Shown piece by piece: positions 36,960 to 50,744 of a stretch of DNA of 64,000 bases (position 1 is the stretch's first letter; each line of letters opens with the position of its first letter). The stretch comes from Octopus sinensis (Eukaryota). The notes below the pieces were generated by a model. It was not told the DNA's origin, ran no database searches, and saw only the letters and a program-made list of their open reading frames with translations. Location: NCBI RefSeq assembly GCF_006345805.1, contig NC_043004.1, forward strand, positions 36,580,001 through 36,644,000. The letters run 5' to 3'. A program made the position numbers and the translations under genes.

Positions 36960-37291
36960 AAGAAGCAGAAAAGTGTTAGAAATACCAGCAACTGCGGGAC
37001 GAGATAGGCAAGTTATGGGGCATGAGGAATGTAATGGTGATACCGGCGGTAATTGGAGCTTTAGGAGCAGTTTTCAAGAGCTTTGAAACCCATATTAAGA
37101 ATATTGGAACTGCTGTTGTCATGCTCGAAGTGATCGAGAAGATAATTTTGTTGGGTACAGCTCGCATTCTAAAGAGAGTATTGTCTCTTTGAGTCACAGG
37201 AGAAGGCACTACTTGAAAACTTTGGTGATTTACTATTTTCTGCTTGCAAGTAAAGAACAACCGGTAATTAAGAACTATCCGAGAGTCTTTC

Positions 37292-37346
<55 letters not shown>
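36960..37346 (+). mobile_element. Second R4/Dong-clade 3' end ending in (TAA)n
   Basis: KYQQLRDEIGKLWGMRNVMVIPAVIGALGAV...KIILLGTARILKRVLSL*, short 3' UTR, (TAA)n at about 37292-37346. Confidence 0.85.
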
Positions 37347-37347
<1 letters not shown>

Positions 37348-38194
37348 GCAGAAAAAGAATAAAGCCATTGTTATCAAGTGAATGATATTTCAACATCTTG
37401 TGTGTCTTCTACAGGTTCAAAAATAAACTTGTCAATCCATTTCATTTTGGTAATATTTATAGGATTGAGGTGACTCCCCCAGAAAGTATAGAAGCACGAG
37501 AAATTGAAATATTGTTCATTCGATAACAGTCGCACTCTCCTTATTGTTTCTTTACTTTGTGGAGGAATAAACATCGATCCTTTAAATATTAACAATAATA
37601 ATAATAGTGTGGACATCAGATACAAAAACTCTGTATTATGTAAGTAATACAACTAATTGAAAGACATCTATGAAGATGGCAGTATGATTGTAATATATGA
37701 AATATTAAGTAAAAATCTTTGTGACATTGAAAGGGAAATAAAATTTCAGGTATAATTACGCTTGTTTACGATTATCGCTGGACAAAATAAAGAAATTTCA
37801 CGGAACTTAAAATGAATTGATACTAACAAAACGATTCGAGAACAAATGAAGCTAAGCAATGTCTTTCATGCTATTAAATGAAGGTAGACATACTTTTATA
37901 CAACAATGTCAAGCGAGACAAATATTAATATTTATATATTTATATCTCTCACACAACTATTTATAATAATATATACTTAGATGTTTGTATAAATATTAAT
38001 TGCATCAATAAATTATTATGCTTTATGTATCATAATAATTTGCAAATATTTATAGTTTCTTCCAACAACAATTAGGAAACGCCGAGTATTTATAGATATA
38101 ATATTTGAAAAGTGAATATTAATCTTGTTTGTTGGAAGTTAAGCGAACGATCTTTGTAGTATATATATATATAGCAAATGATCACCCACACTGC

Positions 38195-38440
38195 AGGCAA
38201 ATACTGCGTGAAAGTTACTGAAGAGAGTGGAAGGAAAACAGGAACTCGTCATCAAAGAAAAGCGCACTCGACGGGAGGAAAAAAGAGTAGTACTGGCAGA
38301 GAGCCCCTTCAAATGCAGTCGCTCTATGCATGACTGCCACTTCCGTGTGGGCCTCTACAGCCACGACAGACGTTGCACCATCATCAGCAGCTGGCACGAT
38401 TTCTTTGGGTGTAGATCCATGATCTCTAGAAACCGATGGA
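38195..38440 (+). mobile_element. RTE-clade LINE 3' end
   Basis: EKRTRREEK...FKCSRSMHDCHFRVGLYSHDRRC*-type terminal knuckle followed by the short RTE 3' UTR and a TA tract. Confidence 0.7.
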
Positions 38441-38446
38441 TGTGTA

Positions 38447-38534
<88 letters not shown>

Positions 38535-40397
38535 CGTAGTCTTCCTAATCACATTCCTCTATAAACATATATTTATTCGTGCAAATGCCGAATTATTGAT
38601 ACTAAATTCAAAATATGTATAGACTTATGTGAAAAATATTTAGAATATTATAAATAATTGTTCTAAATCCTACAAATATTCAGTAGATATTAAGGTTTGC
38701 AAAATTGTTTTGAGAGCTGAGGAAACTATACCAAAAACAAGGGCGCCAATTTTTACAAGGTTAGCAAAACTTAGTAAAAAAACATTTGGCGGCTTCATTG
38801 AACAAGCTGAACGAATCTATTTTACGCTGAACAGGATTTCTAATACGAGAGATCATTAATTATCGAAAGCAATATTAGATTGATATCTGTGATACCTGTT
38901 TCTGCAAGCGCTACTAGTTGTGCTTGTATGGTTGCATATTGGAGGAGAAAAAACTGATGTCACTAAAGCTGTGGCATAAATGATTACTTTTTTTGTTAGT
39001 TGTGAAAAGCCGAATTATAATATGGTTTATTATTTATAATGTAAATTGTTAGTTGCATTTGCAATTTAAAATATTTCTGAACTTGCAAGACCAGTTTGCC
39101 ACAGCTATTGGCTTCAATAAACTGAATTGGATTGTATCTAGTTTTTGATTGCTATGCATGTATACGCTGCTATACACACTAACTCCATTTTTGTCTATTT
39201 AATTCAGTTACTCTTTATGTTTTGGTGGCCAGTTGTTGGACGCATGAATTATTGTTCTTGAAAAAATAGTTGCTAAAAAGATATTTTCATAGTTTAACGT
39301 TTTCAAGAGGCATTAATAAACTCTGTAAATATTACAACTAATTTGTAAAAGAGAGTAATGAACGATAAAATTAGAAAATGGAAATAATTTCAGTTGAACA
39401 AGCAAAAGCAAGGAGAGATGAAGAAGAAATAAACGACGAAGATTACTCTCAGTATGAAGTAGAAAGAAAGAGAATAAAAGTAGAAGTGGTTATATATAAA
39501 GTTTAAAGGGAATATGTAGAGTAAAGCACTTATATATGCATATATTTTTAAAGCGTCTTAATAAATGAGAATTATTCGTCTAATGCGATAATACTCCTAT
39601 CGACGGTACAACTAATTCAAAGTAATGATTTTATTTATCGCCCTCGAAACAAACTGTAGTGTAGAAAATTAATTAGGAATATAGAGCCAGCGGTAGTTAT
39701 CAGGTTTATTTTATTGAAGGAAATGTATAATAGGTTTATGAAAGAAAATGAAAATTAGTCCTTCAAGCTAAAAGCAAATGGCAAAGATAACTGTAAATAG
39801 CTTCATTACTCTTTTGTAGGTGCAGTTTTGATAAAGTAAGGAAGTTTAACGATTATTTGCAAGGAACATAAATATATTTTGTCATACACTTTTCTTATTC
39901 ATCAGGGACGTTTAAATTGTCTACGGAGTCGAATAATCTAGAATTGTTTAATGTCACAGGATTTTATAAGGATTGATGGTTATGTCTATATAAAATTAGA
40001 AATATTGCATTTCTAAATCTCTCGGAGAGACTTATACAGCAGCAAAACGAAGATAAAGTGATGGTTAAGTGAAAGTATAGCTGTGCGTTTCGGCTCAGTC
40101 CCATAGCGCCGCACTTAGGAAAATGTATTCTATTATGGCATCATATATACATATGCTTGTCTATATGTTTGCGTTTATATCCCACCGCTTCACAGACGGT
40201 GTTGGTTTGTTCACGTCCCTATACTTTCGGAGTTCAGCAGAAGTAACACACCTGAAATATGAATCGATGTGGATTTCATTGACTACATTTTACAACGAAA
40301 TGCCCCTGCTTGCATACTTCGATGGAAAAGAACAAAAGGAAATGTATACGTACACATATGAAAAATGTGTGCATATGTATACAATTACACATATGTG

Positions 40398-40444
<47 letters not shown>

Positions 40445-41492
40445 GCATACCCCACCTACCCTGGACAGAATGTTTTGCACTTAGATCTCCAGCTCTAAAC
40501 TAGGCCAGGAACCATTTTCACAGAACATGTTACATAGCTTCAGGTTTATAGGTGGTTGTGAAGAATTTAGACATGATATTTCTACTGAATCAGTAATGGC
40601 ACAACGCAGTCAAGCAATTCCCTAAACAGTAGTGAGATTTATATCAGCACCCACCCCGCTTCTAGTTAACATTCGACAAGTGAATATTTCTCTTTGGAAG
40701 GAGACGGTTCAAGCCGATGAGAAAAGTATATTTCTAATTTAACACAACTAAGGGATAAGAACAGCATATATTGACGGATACACGAGGCAAAATAGCATAA
40801 ATTTAATTTACGCTTTTCCTGAATTGATTTTAACGAAACAAAAATAGCCAAAGCTTATTCAACCAGTAGCATTATTGCTATGCATTTATTTCCCATCCAC
40901 AGCGTTTCAATATAAAGAAATAAAGAAACTCATATTTTCAAAGCTGTTAGGAGTGAGAGCAATATGAATAGTTTGCATCGGAGGACGTATTAGAATCGTA
41001 AATTAGATGATAAAATATAAATATTCGTAACAAGATTTTGTACGTATTTAGGGTACACTATGACGTTCGAAGCTACTCTCTATATTTCATCTTTGATTTG
41101 TTTAAGTCATTAGACTGCAGTCATGCTGGGGTACCACCCTGAGGAATTCTTAGTCAAATGAATCGACCCCAGGATTTTCAAAACCTCGTTCTTATTCTAT
41201 TACTCTGTTTTGCCGAACCACTATGTTGCCAAGCAGTGTTGTTGGAGACAAATATAGACACAAAGACACACACATAGGTATATACATATATACGACGGGC
41301 TTCTTTCATTTTTCGCCTACCAGATGCGCTCAGGGCTTTGGTCGGCCTGAGGCTATAGATGAAAACACTTGCCCAAGTGCCACGCAGTGCGACTGAAGCC
41401 GAAACTATGTGCTTTGGGAAACAAGCTCCTTACCACACAGTCACACCTCTGCGTCTTTGTATTTGAGAAAAATTATAATTATAAAGAATTAC

Positions 41493-41662
41493 CTTATATT
41501 CATTCTTTAAACCTTCCATGTCATTTTCTTTATTCCGCTTTATATAATCCCACAGGTCTTCCACTTTCACAGATGGAATTGTCACTCCTAAATTGCCGTA
41601 CACTGGTTCATTCGTGTCTGTTGTCACAGCTGCTTCTATAAGGGGTTCAATTTCAAAGTTTT
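41493..41662 (-). CDS. Receptor-type protein tyrosine phosphatase (R2B mu/kappa/rho-like), juxtamembrane/wedge exon, 170 nt: (x)NFEIEPLIEAAVTTDTNEPVYGNLGVTIPSVKVEDLWDYIKRNKENDMEGLKNEYK
   Basis: Acceptor ttttttcttccttctag|AA and donor TATAAG|gtaatt. Open frame with the RPTP pre-catalytic pattern V.V.DL..YI.......G.K.EY. Ends in phase 0, matching the next exon. Confidence 0.85.
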
Positions 41663-41739
41663 CTAGAAGGAAGAAAAAAAAATTGCATAAGTAAAACAGA
41701 ATAGATATTAAAACAAATTCTAGATATCTGCTTTATATT

Positions 41740-41810
<71 letters not shown>

Positions 41811-41812
<2 letters not shown>

Positions 41813-41985
41813 TGCTTTCTGATAAAAGCACAAGGCCTGATATTTGGTGGTAAGAGATAAGTCGATTACATCAACCCCTGCACTTGACTGATACTTAATT
41901 TATCGACCCCGAAAAGATGAAAGGCAATGTCGACCTCGGCGGAATTTGAACTCAGAAGTAGCGACGTGCGAAATACTAAGCATGA

Positions 41986-42037
<52 letters not shown>

Positions 42038-42226
42038 TATAATAATAATAATGATGCTTTCTGATAAAAGCACAAGGCCTGATATTGGTGGTAAGAGATA
42101 AGTCGATTACATCAACCCCTGCACTTGACTGATACTTAATTTATCGACCCCGAAAAGATGAAAGGCAATGTCGACCTCGGCGGAATTTGAACTCAGAAGT
42201 AGCGACGTGCGAAATACTAAGCATGA

Positions 42227-42289
<63 letters not shown>

Positions 42290-42498
42290 TACTATTATAG
42301 GCACAATGCCTGAAATCTGGGGGTAGTGGGGGGTCAGTCGATTTTATCGACCTCAGTGTTTCACTGGTATTTAATTTATTTAACTCGAAAAGATGAAAGG
42401 CAAAGTCGGCTTCGGCGGAATTTGAACTCAGAACGTAGCGGCGGGCGAAATACCGCTAAGCATTTCGTCCAGCATGCTAACGATTCTGCCCGCCGCCT
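41811..42498 (-). mobile_element. SINE-A cluster in (TAA)n: near-identical duplicate 41811-41988 / 42053-42229 plus a third copy 42297-42498
   Basis: Reverse-complement SINE-A core aatttatcgaccccgaaaagatgaaaggc...ggaatttgaactcagaa. Confidence 0.88.
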
Positions 42499-43869
42499 GT
42501 AATAATAATAACAACAACAACAACAATAAAATTACCTGATGCAGTACCAGACAGTGGCTCTGATCTTAACTGACTGAAAGTGTTATCATGTACATTGTTC
42601 TGTCTTAGCATAAAAGATGGGCTACAGCAAATATTTTGCTCAATTTTGATCTTTGACTCCTGACTGCAATTCTTTCAAAGTGACAAGCTGTGAGTAACAT
42701 AACTGATATGTTACTCCTTAGAGTAAACTCTTTAGAAAATTCAGTGTCAGCGCATGCTCAAAACATATGGAGTCGTATGTAGAGAAGAATGGCTAAAGAC
42801 GGAACTCTTAGCCATTGGAACACATCCTATCCACCAAAATCGCTCGAATTGACTTAGATAAAAACTAGGAGAGGGCAAGACAGGTAATGTATGGATAACC
42901 AACTTGTAAGAAATTCATTTTATCTCATCGTTACAATTGTTACAAAATTCTGCTTCCATATATTTGAATCAAACGACGACAAATAGTCATTTTGGCAAGA
43001 GGAGATCAACAATAAAAAATAAACTTATATTTAGGTAAAACTAATTTACCAGGCCACAGCAGAAATATTTTTTATATATGTATTTGTAAAAAGACCTATT
43101 ATTAGAAACCTTGGAACTTGTGTGAAATGACTTTTATAGGAAACCTCGTATAGAATATTTCCTAAAGAAACTGCACTGTTTCTGTTAATGCTTCTATGTA
43201 GAACTATACAATTCAATATTTCATTTGTAACGTTATGTTCACGCTGTACCTTTGTGTGTGTGTGTGTGTGTGCGTATGTGTGTGTGCATGTGTTTGTGTG
43301 CGTGTGTGTGTATGTGTCTGTGTGTGCGTATATATATGGGTGTGTGTGTGTGTGTATGTGTGTGTGCGAGTGCATGTATGTGTGTACGTGTGTCTGTGTA
43401 TGTGTGTGTGTGTGCATGTGAGTATATGTCTGTGTGTGTGTGTAAGTGTCTGTGTGCGTGTATGTGTATATATATGGGCGTGTGTGTGTGTGTGTGTGTG
43501 TGCATGCATGTGTCTGTGTGCGTGTATGTGTCTGTGTGCGTGTGTGTGTATGTATTTCTGTCTGCTGTGTGTATGTATTTCTGTCTGCTGTGTGTGTGTG
43601 TGTGATAGGAAATATATTTCCTGGTCATGAACACATATATTTCTTTCGAATTGAATCCTATTACTAAACTTCCAGTAATGGAAGAGACGAGGTAAACACG
43701 TGATATTCTCGACTCGCGTCGTGCCAAGAAAGCTATGAACACTGTTTACACAGAGTAATTTGAAATCCCACTAAAATCAAGAATATACACTCACGCACGT
43801 ATCAGATGTGTATGTGTACACCTGCGCGGCGCGTGCGTATGTGTGTATGTATGTACGTATGTATGTATG

Positions 43870-43900
<31 letters not shown>

Positions 43901-46882
43901 GCTTAGTGTCTGGCTAATAGATTAACTAATTAAGAACCGTGTTTGTTCGCTAGCCTGGCTTAGATTGACTTATTAGTGATGGCACACATATAATGACGTA
44001 AAAGAAAGGATTAATTGACGAATAAGGCGTAAATATCGAGCCTTATTATTTATGACATGTATGCAAATATTGACTAAATTATTAAATCATAATTTTAGTT
44101 TAGTTTTCTATTTTTGATGCTTTAAATTATTTTCATGAAGCTCAGCCTTGATATAAGTGTGTTATTTGTTTGAATGTGGAGGAAAATTTATACGGAGAGA
44201 TGAAACCTAACGAAGTTCTCAGAAATTCTGTAATATCTGTAAATGTTACGATAGATATTTGTATTTTGCTAAATCACAAATCAGTACAGTTTTATAGATA
44301 AGAGGATAGGAAGTATAAACCACGAGGTTGCTGGTTTAATGTACGCTATTTTGACCAGTTGTAATTCTCAAAATACCATTAAATTTCATTCTATAGATAT
44401 TAATCGTTATTACATTAAATATAAATTTATATATATGAGAGTCAAGACTATTGAAAAGGTTGCCAGACGCAACGAAAATTTTAGGAAAATAAAAATAAGA
44501 CATAAGAGGAAATTTTAGCGGTGAGTATGTTAAATTATAAGTCACAAAAAGAAAATGACTCTCCCCAGACACAACAGAATATGCTTCAACACACGAACTC
44601 ACATAAAGAATCTTGCAAACCAAATCCCAAAACGAAATATAAATTATAAAATTCAACAAAACAAATTACGAATTCGTTTTCTCTACCTAAACTCTAACCT
44701 CCATAATAAGAGAAATTCCTCTTTAATATATAGAAATATTGCCACAACATTTAACCAAAATAACCTGTTTCTATATTTCATGTATTCCTGGGCAGCATTG
44801 ATCGAAATATTATATTTAACATTTCGTATTTTGGATGAAATATTACAAAAAAATGTATTTGTTTATGTTAACCTCTTCGCATTCAAATACTACTTAGCTG
44901 ACATTACTTGTTTCAGCTATACATGACAAATATTGTTTTGAAACAGAGAAGACACATTTGGGGCCAAAGGGCAGAGAGATTATTTACATACAACACGGGA
45001 TTTTCTTTCCTAAATCTTCCTGAGCACAGAAGCAAGTAGCAAACGAAACAAAGAAATCGTTAGAGTATCTAATTATTCTGCTATTCTGTCGACTTGTACT
45101 CCTGATTTTTCCACATTCATTCTTATGCTGCTGTCTTTTAGTATCGCAATTGAATGCACATATATTTAGAATGTTGATTGTGGCGAGTAGCATGTCTAGA
45201 ATGGTTCCTTTAGCATCTCCCTCTGTTATAACAAATATTACGCGCGAGCACACACACATATATCTTTTATTTTTTATCTATTACTTGTTTCAGTCATTAA
45301 ACTGCGGCCTTGCTGGGGCACCAAGTGCGTTATAAATGGGAATTTGACAATATTGCAGATGCCAGACTTCCATTGTTGACTTTCGAAAAATTTAGGACAA
45401 ACTGTGGATAAGAAAATACCATACATAAATCTTGGATCATTTGAACATCAACGAAATTAAATATACATGAATGACCATGTCTATGTTTCAGTATCCTGAA
45501 AATTCCACCAGTCGTTCCAATTCAGTAAAAACTTGTGAAGAAGACGGAGCGTAGTGACTGTGTTCAGTTACTCGTTTTTGTGAATTCTCTTGTTTCCTCT
45601 CATAATTCATCTTCAAATCTTCAAATACTTCCTATATGCTTTGCAAGCTCTTGTATGAGAGATTTGTTGGCCACAAATTATACGTTTAATGTAGAATGCT
45701 TCCGTATTATTTAATCAGTAATGCTACGAAATACTTGCATGTTCTGCATATACAAAACAAACTGTATACACAAAAACTATGTTTATATTTTCAACCGTTG
45801 AACACAGATTCTTAGTTCAGTCGAACGACGATCAATTTTTATAACAGTGATACATCAAAAGTTTAGTCATTTTAAATCGGGAAATTTACGTTTGAAAGAG
45901 TCTACATCCCCGACTTTATTCGCTAAAATAGCAGCTAAATCCTCCACAAATCATATCCTAATGAGTCACGTCATTAAAAGATTTCTAAGACCTCATTCTA
46001 CAAAACACTGAGTTATTTCATTACAACCAAATCATACTTTTGACAGTGAACCAAAACATATTTGCTTTGACATTACAACTGCCACTGAACTATTTCGCAA
46101 AAAGCGACACCGAATTGCAGCGTTAGAACTGCCCTTGAGATACCTCATCTGCGTGCATTTACTGTCTCATTACAATTAGCACTGGTGAATGTTAATAAAT
46201 AAACATTTCTGAGGTGTTTCCTTACAACCACTACTCAGTGGTGTCATAAAAATTGTCTTCATCGTTTTAAGAAATCAAACATAGAACTGAGCTGCGTCGT
46301 TAGAATGATTAATCTGGACATTATTACAGCCATTTTTTGACTCATAATAGCAAACAGTGATAGAAAATTGCTATACTGTGAACGGAAATATTGAAATAAT
46401 GTTCCATTTGATTATCGATGCTCGAAATCGATTAATAAATTTAATAACTATTTAAAAATATCTTTCAACTGAACCTGGCAGTCGTCCACACCTCCGAGTT
46501 TTCATTTATTTTAACCTTTGTTATACCCTTTCTTAATGACTGGACTTTCAATTTATCTTGCACTCAGTTTACACAGTAGTAAAGATCGATATGTATTTTG
46601 TAGAATGATTGTAAAACTATAGTAAACATATATTACTGAAGTGAAAACAAGAAGTAAGAAAATATACATATATAAAACAATGGAAATGTGAACTCGACTT
46701 AACCCTAAAATATATATTGTTTCAATGAAGCAGATTTATTGTTTATATAGTTAGTAATATACACTGGCTTCATTGATAGGAGTTTAACAGAAAAGAAATT
46801 TGTGGCTGGAAAACTTATGTCTACTGAATCTCCATAATCATTTAGAAACAAATAAAAGACAAACAAACAACAATGAACCTAC

Positions 46883-46939
46883 GTTCTTCATTTCTAGGAT
46901 AATAAACGACAGGTGTATTATGATGTACAAGATAAGCTT
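46883..46939 (-). CDS. Candidate upstream juxtamembrane RPTP exon, 57 nt, phase 1-1: (x)AYLVHHNTPVVYYPRNEE(Q); alternative acceptor at 46966
   Basis: ttcaccag|AAGCT...GAAGAAC|gtaggt; open frame and phase compatible with the 41662 exon. No diagnostic motif, so it could be a chance match. Confidence 0.25.
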
Positions 46940-47315
46940 CTGGTGAATCATTTTCAAAAACACAATCTAGATTCCGATCACATAAGTCAATGAGTCATAA
47001 ATTCTATAGTTTGTAAAGAAGTAATAGTCTGGAATGAATACTGACAGGAAGAAATCAGAATAAACGAAAATAAGATTCCGCGCACTGAAAAGAATGTATG
47101 GAAGCTAAGAGTCGATTGATGCCATGCGTTTCATAAAGAAATACAATTAAAGGAGAAAAATATATCAAAATCAGATCGTTCTATCATCGTCTTCGTCGTT
47201 GTCGTAATTGTCGTCGTCATCATCATGCTCTCAGGAATTCCATGCGAGTTTCCATTTTCCACCGCTCTATAATGATAAGCTTCATTATATTTTGGCTTCC
47301 AGTATTTCTATAGAT

Positions 47316-47740
47316 AAAGCGGCGTCCTGGCAAAATCTGTGAAACACTGGGCAAGTCGCTTATCAGCATTTAGCTCGTCTTTTCATTGTGAGTTCGGATT
47401 CCACCGGGGTCGACTTTACCTTTCATCTTTTTGGGGTCGATAAAATAAGCACCAGCTGAACAATGGGGTCGATGCAATCAACTTACCCTCTCCTCCGAAA
47501 CTGCTGTCCTTGTGTTAAAATTTGAAAACAATATTTCTATACATAAGACTGGCAACTGGAAAATCATTCCCGGAGTGGACAGAATGTTTAGCATCATTTC
47601 TTCCATCTCTTTAGATTGTTAGTTCAAATGCTATCGAGGTCGACTTTGCCGTTCATCCCTTGGAGTTCGATAAAACAACTACCATTTTAGAACTGGAGTC
47701 GATATGTTAACGAGTTCCCACACAACTCAAAATTTGAAAG
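47316..47740 (+). mobile_element. Two degenerate SINE-A copies
   Basis: aaagcggcgtcctggcaaaa...gagttcggattccaccggggtcgac...; the second core is at about 47585-47740. Confidence 0.75.
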
Positions 47741-47746
47741 AAATAA

Positions 47747-47781
<35 letters not shown>

Positions 47782-50694
47782 CGTGTGTGTGTATGTGTGT
47801 GTGTGTGTGTGTGTGTGCGTGTGTGTGAGTGTGTGTGTGTTGTGACAGTTCTCTCTTTGGTGCTACTGGTAAGATGTAACCCAGTACAGCTTGTTGCATG
47901 GTCGGGTCGTCGGCGACTAAACTGGCAACCCCATCAAGCTTGCTGGTAAGGAAGATGACACTCTGCAGGACGAAAAGCAAAACCTGTCAAAGGGCGAAAG
48001 AGCTCATGAGCAGTCAAAAGCCATCCAACATTATGTGTGCATGTGTATGTGCGCATGTATGAATGGTGTCCTGGCGCACGGTTGGCCTATTGGGAGTGGG
48101 TGACCTCTCTGTTGATGCCACAACATCTCTCTGGGAGAGGGAAAGAGAGAAAACCTGCGACACTGACAATATTCGATGATGCAGACGAGTTCTTCTTTTC
48201 GAGTTTATGTTGTCCCTGTTCAGAGAGTGAGACTGGATTTGTGAAAATCCTTCCCCCACTATAAGAAATCATGCACAGGCATCGCTTGAAAAATAAGACC
48301 TGTCACAAAAATGGCTGGTCGTAGCCTTCGCATATGTGGGACTTTCAATAAGGCGATGGCAATACTCGAACATGAGTTTGCAGCCATCATGTATGTATTT
48401 ATGTATGTATCATACTGTACAGAAATCATACACACTCAGTAAGGATTTGATTTGGCTTAATTTTCCACAACATTGTGTGTGATTGTTGCCTAAATTTGTC
48501 TACATTACACCATAGACGATGGGACACTGGAAGTACAGCAGGAGAGATACTCTTTCAAAGCGTTTTCGTTTCACATAATTGAGAGAAATATATTTAAGCC
48601 TTCCCATTAGAAGTTAAACATATGACGTATTTTGTAAAATTTCTATAGATTATAAAAAAATTAGGGTGATCGTTTACTGAAAATTCTTTGATGACAGTAA
48701 AGTGGTGTATCTTACAGTCAACAATAAATAACAGGATGTGGCTTAATGGTTCGCAGGTACTTTTCTCACATTTGCGCGTTCCTAGTTGTACAACTCGATC
48801 CTCGGATCTTATATATATATATATATATATATATATGCGATCTTTTTCTCGAAGAAATATCGGTATCTGAGAAAGAAGAAACTCTATGTATGGCAGGTTT
48901 CCTCATTATATTTTGCCCTGACCTGCATATGTTCCGATGTACGGTCAGTATTGGACGACAGAGGTTCCTATGTGTACACTATGGTCTGGCTAACGCCTAA
49001 CTGATCGGTCTAAAGAACATTTATTTATGTCCTAACCCTGTCCCCTGTTATGAGAAATGCCAAGTGAAAGAAATTTGGCAACAAAATGATTTCGGAATAT
49101 GATCTGGCAATTTGGATTTAAATTCCTAAAACTTTGTAAAAATATCACAATAAAGCCCCTGAGACTATTAATGAAAGGGGATGTATTCTATCCAAAAAGT
49201 AAATAACAATGTGCAATTATGACTTAATTAGCAGTAAAGATCAATTAAGACTTAATGTCTCCCCGATCAAGTGGAGCATAAATATTGAACGTATTTAATC
49301 ATTTTAAAGATTTTTGTTCTTTAAAAAGGATTTGAAATTAGATATCTGTTTACGACAACTTATGACATGAAAACAAACAACAAACACTTATTAGGTATCT
49401 GATCTGAGATTTGCAACAGAATGTTCACTGCTTCTCTAGATATCCGATGGAAAACGAAGCAATGTTTAAATTCTAAAAAGAGCTTTTTCTTAGTGATTTC
49501 GTAAGATTCCACAAGAATTAGCATTGAATGAAAAAAAATAATAATTTATGGAAACATAGTAGGATCCCTTTTTATTGTTGAGTATTATATTGACAGTTGT
49601 CAGGGAAGCGTTAATATTTCATACATCTTTCGAAAATGACATATTTTCGCTTGTAATAGTCATTTTGGAATAATAATGCATAAAAAGATAGATTAACGAT
49701 ATATTAAATCAATAAAGTTATCTTGCATTGATTAATAATTTTATATCTCTGGAAACTTAATCGTATTTTTCTACTGAATAAACGGAAATCTGCATATTGC
49801 TAATATAATCTTATACACGTTGTACTACGAATTTTAAATGTATAAAAGTGAAGGAGTAAATATCGAATGTTAACAAAAATATAAAACATTAGCGCTACAA
49901 AATTAATGGAATCCTCAGAGGACCAGTTTTCATTGATACAATGAGCTGGACATTTTTTAATATTTCTGAAAACGATTTATTTGAAGATTACAGAAGGGTT
50001 TACTTTCTGAATTCCATTAAAACATTAATAACAAAGAGTATTTTCTAAACTTACCGAAATAAAATACAACCCATATTTGAATTAAGATAAAATAAAATAT
50101 AAAACGAAAATGTCAATTCTATAGGCGTAAAATATTCAATTAATTATTTCTTAATCAAATTATACTGAAAAACATCTCAATGAATGAAGCAACATAAATA
50201 GAGGAATAGGAATCAGAACTTAAAATAAAATGATTGAATTTATTAGTGTTAATCAAATTAATATGCTCGTTAAAGTTTGTGTACGAGCAATGCAAACTTA
50301 TAACCGAATTTAGCTATTTGAAAAACTTGCTGGCAGTAAATAATAGATCAATAAGGCAAATAAAACAGAAAAATAATAATCATTATAGTAGCAATTTAAT
50401 TTAAATCTGTGTTCTAAGAAATCAACATATTTAATCCAAAGAAGTTGAGGGAAAATATTTACTCATTATAATTTACGTTTTAACTTGTGTTGCACAGCCA
50501 TCAAATATCCGCTATAAAAATACCTCTAAATTTGACTGTCAAACAGACTTTGTGGAACGTGGATTTAAAAGTGGAACAGAAGTCAGAATACGATACACAG
50601 AATATATGTGCATACACACACACACACGCACATATGTATATATAGTATGTATATATATATATATGTATGCATATATATATATATGTGTATATGT

Positions 50695-50744
<50 letters not shown>

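Noticed and set aside
37374-37652. 92-aa minus-strand ORF with a protein-like middle (GSMFIPPQSKETIRRVRLLSNEQYF...)
   Set aside because: No recognisable domain, phase incompatible with the surrounding RPTP exons, and no donor site.
39394-39506. Plus-strand phase-1 exon-like stretch with dibasic sites (EQAKARRDEEEINDEDYSQYEVERKR...), tempting as a partner for the 15.6-kb signal exon
   Set aside because: GA-rich low complexity yields such peptides by chance, it is 24 kb away, and nothing links the two without RNA data.
44340-44930. ORFs of 107 and 123 aa with faint similarity to the PLE LPKIHK..PIVS region
   Set aside because: Too degenerate to call; at best a very old TE relic.
47175-47235. 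Plus-strand hydrophobic stretch SIIVFVVVVIVVVIIML
   Set aside because: Degenerate (ATC/GTC)n microsatellite on the wrong strand for the RPTP transmembrane segment.
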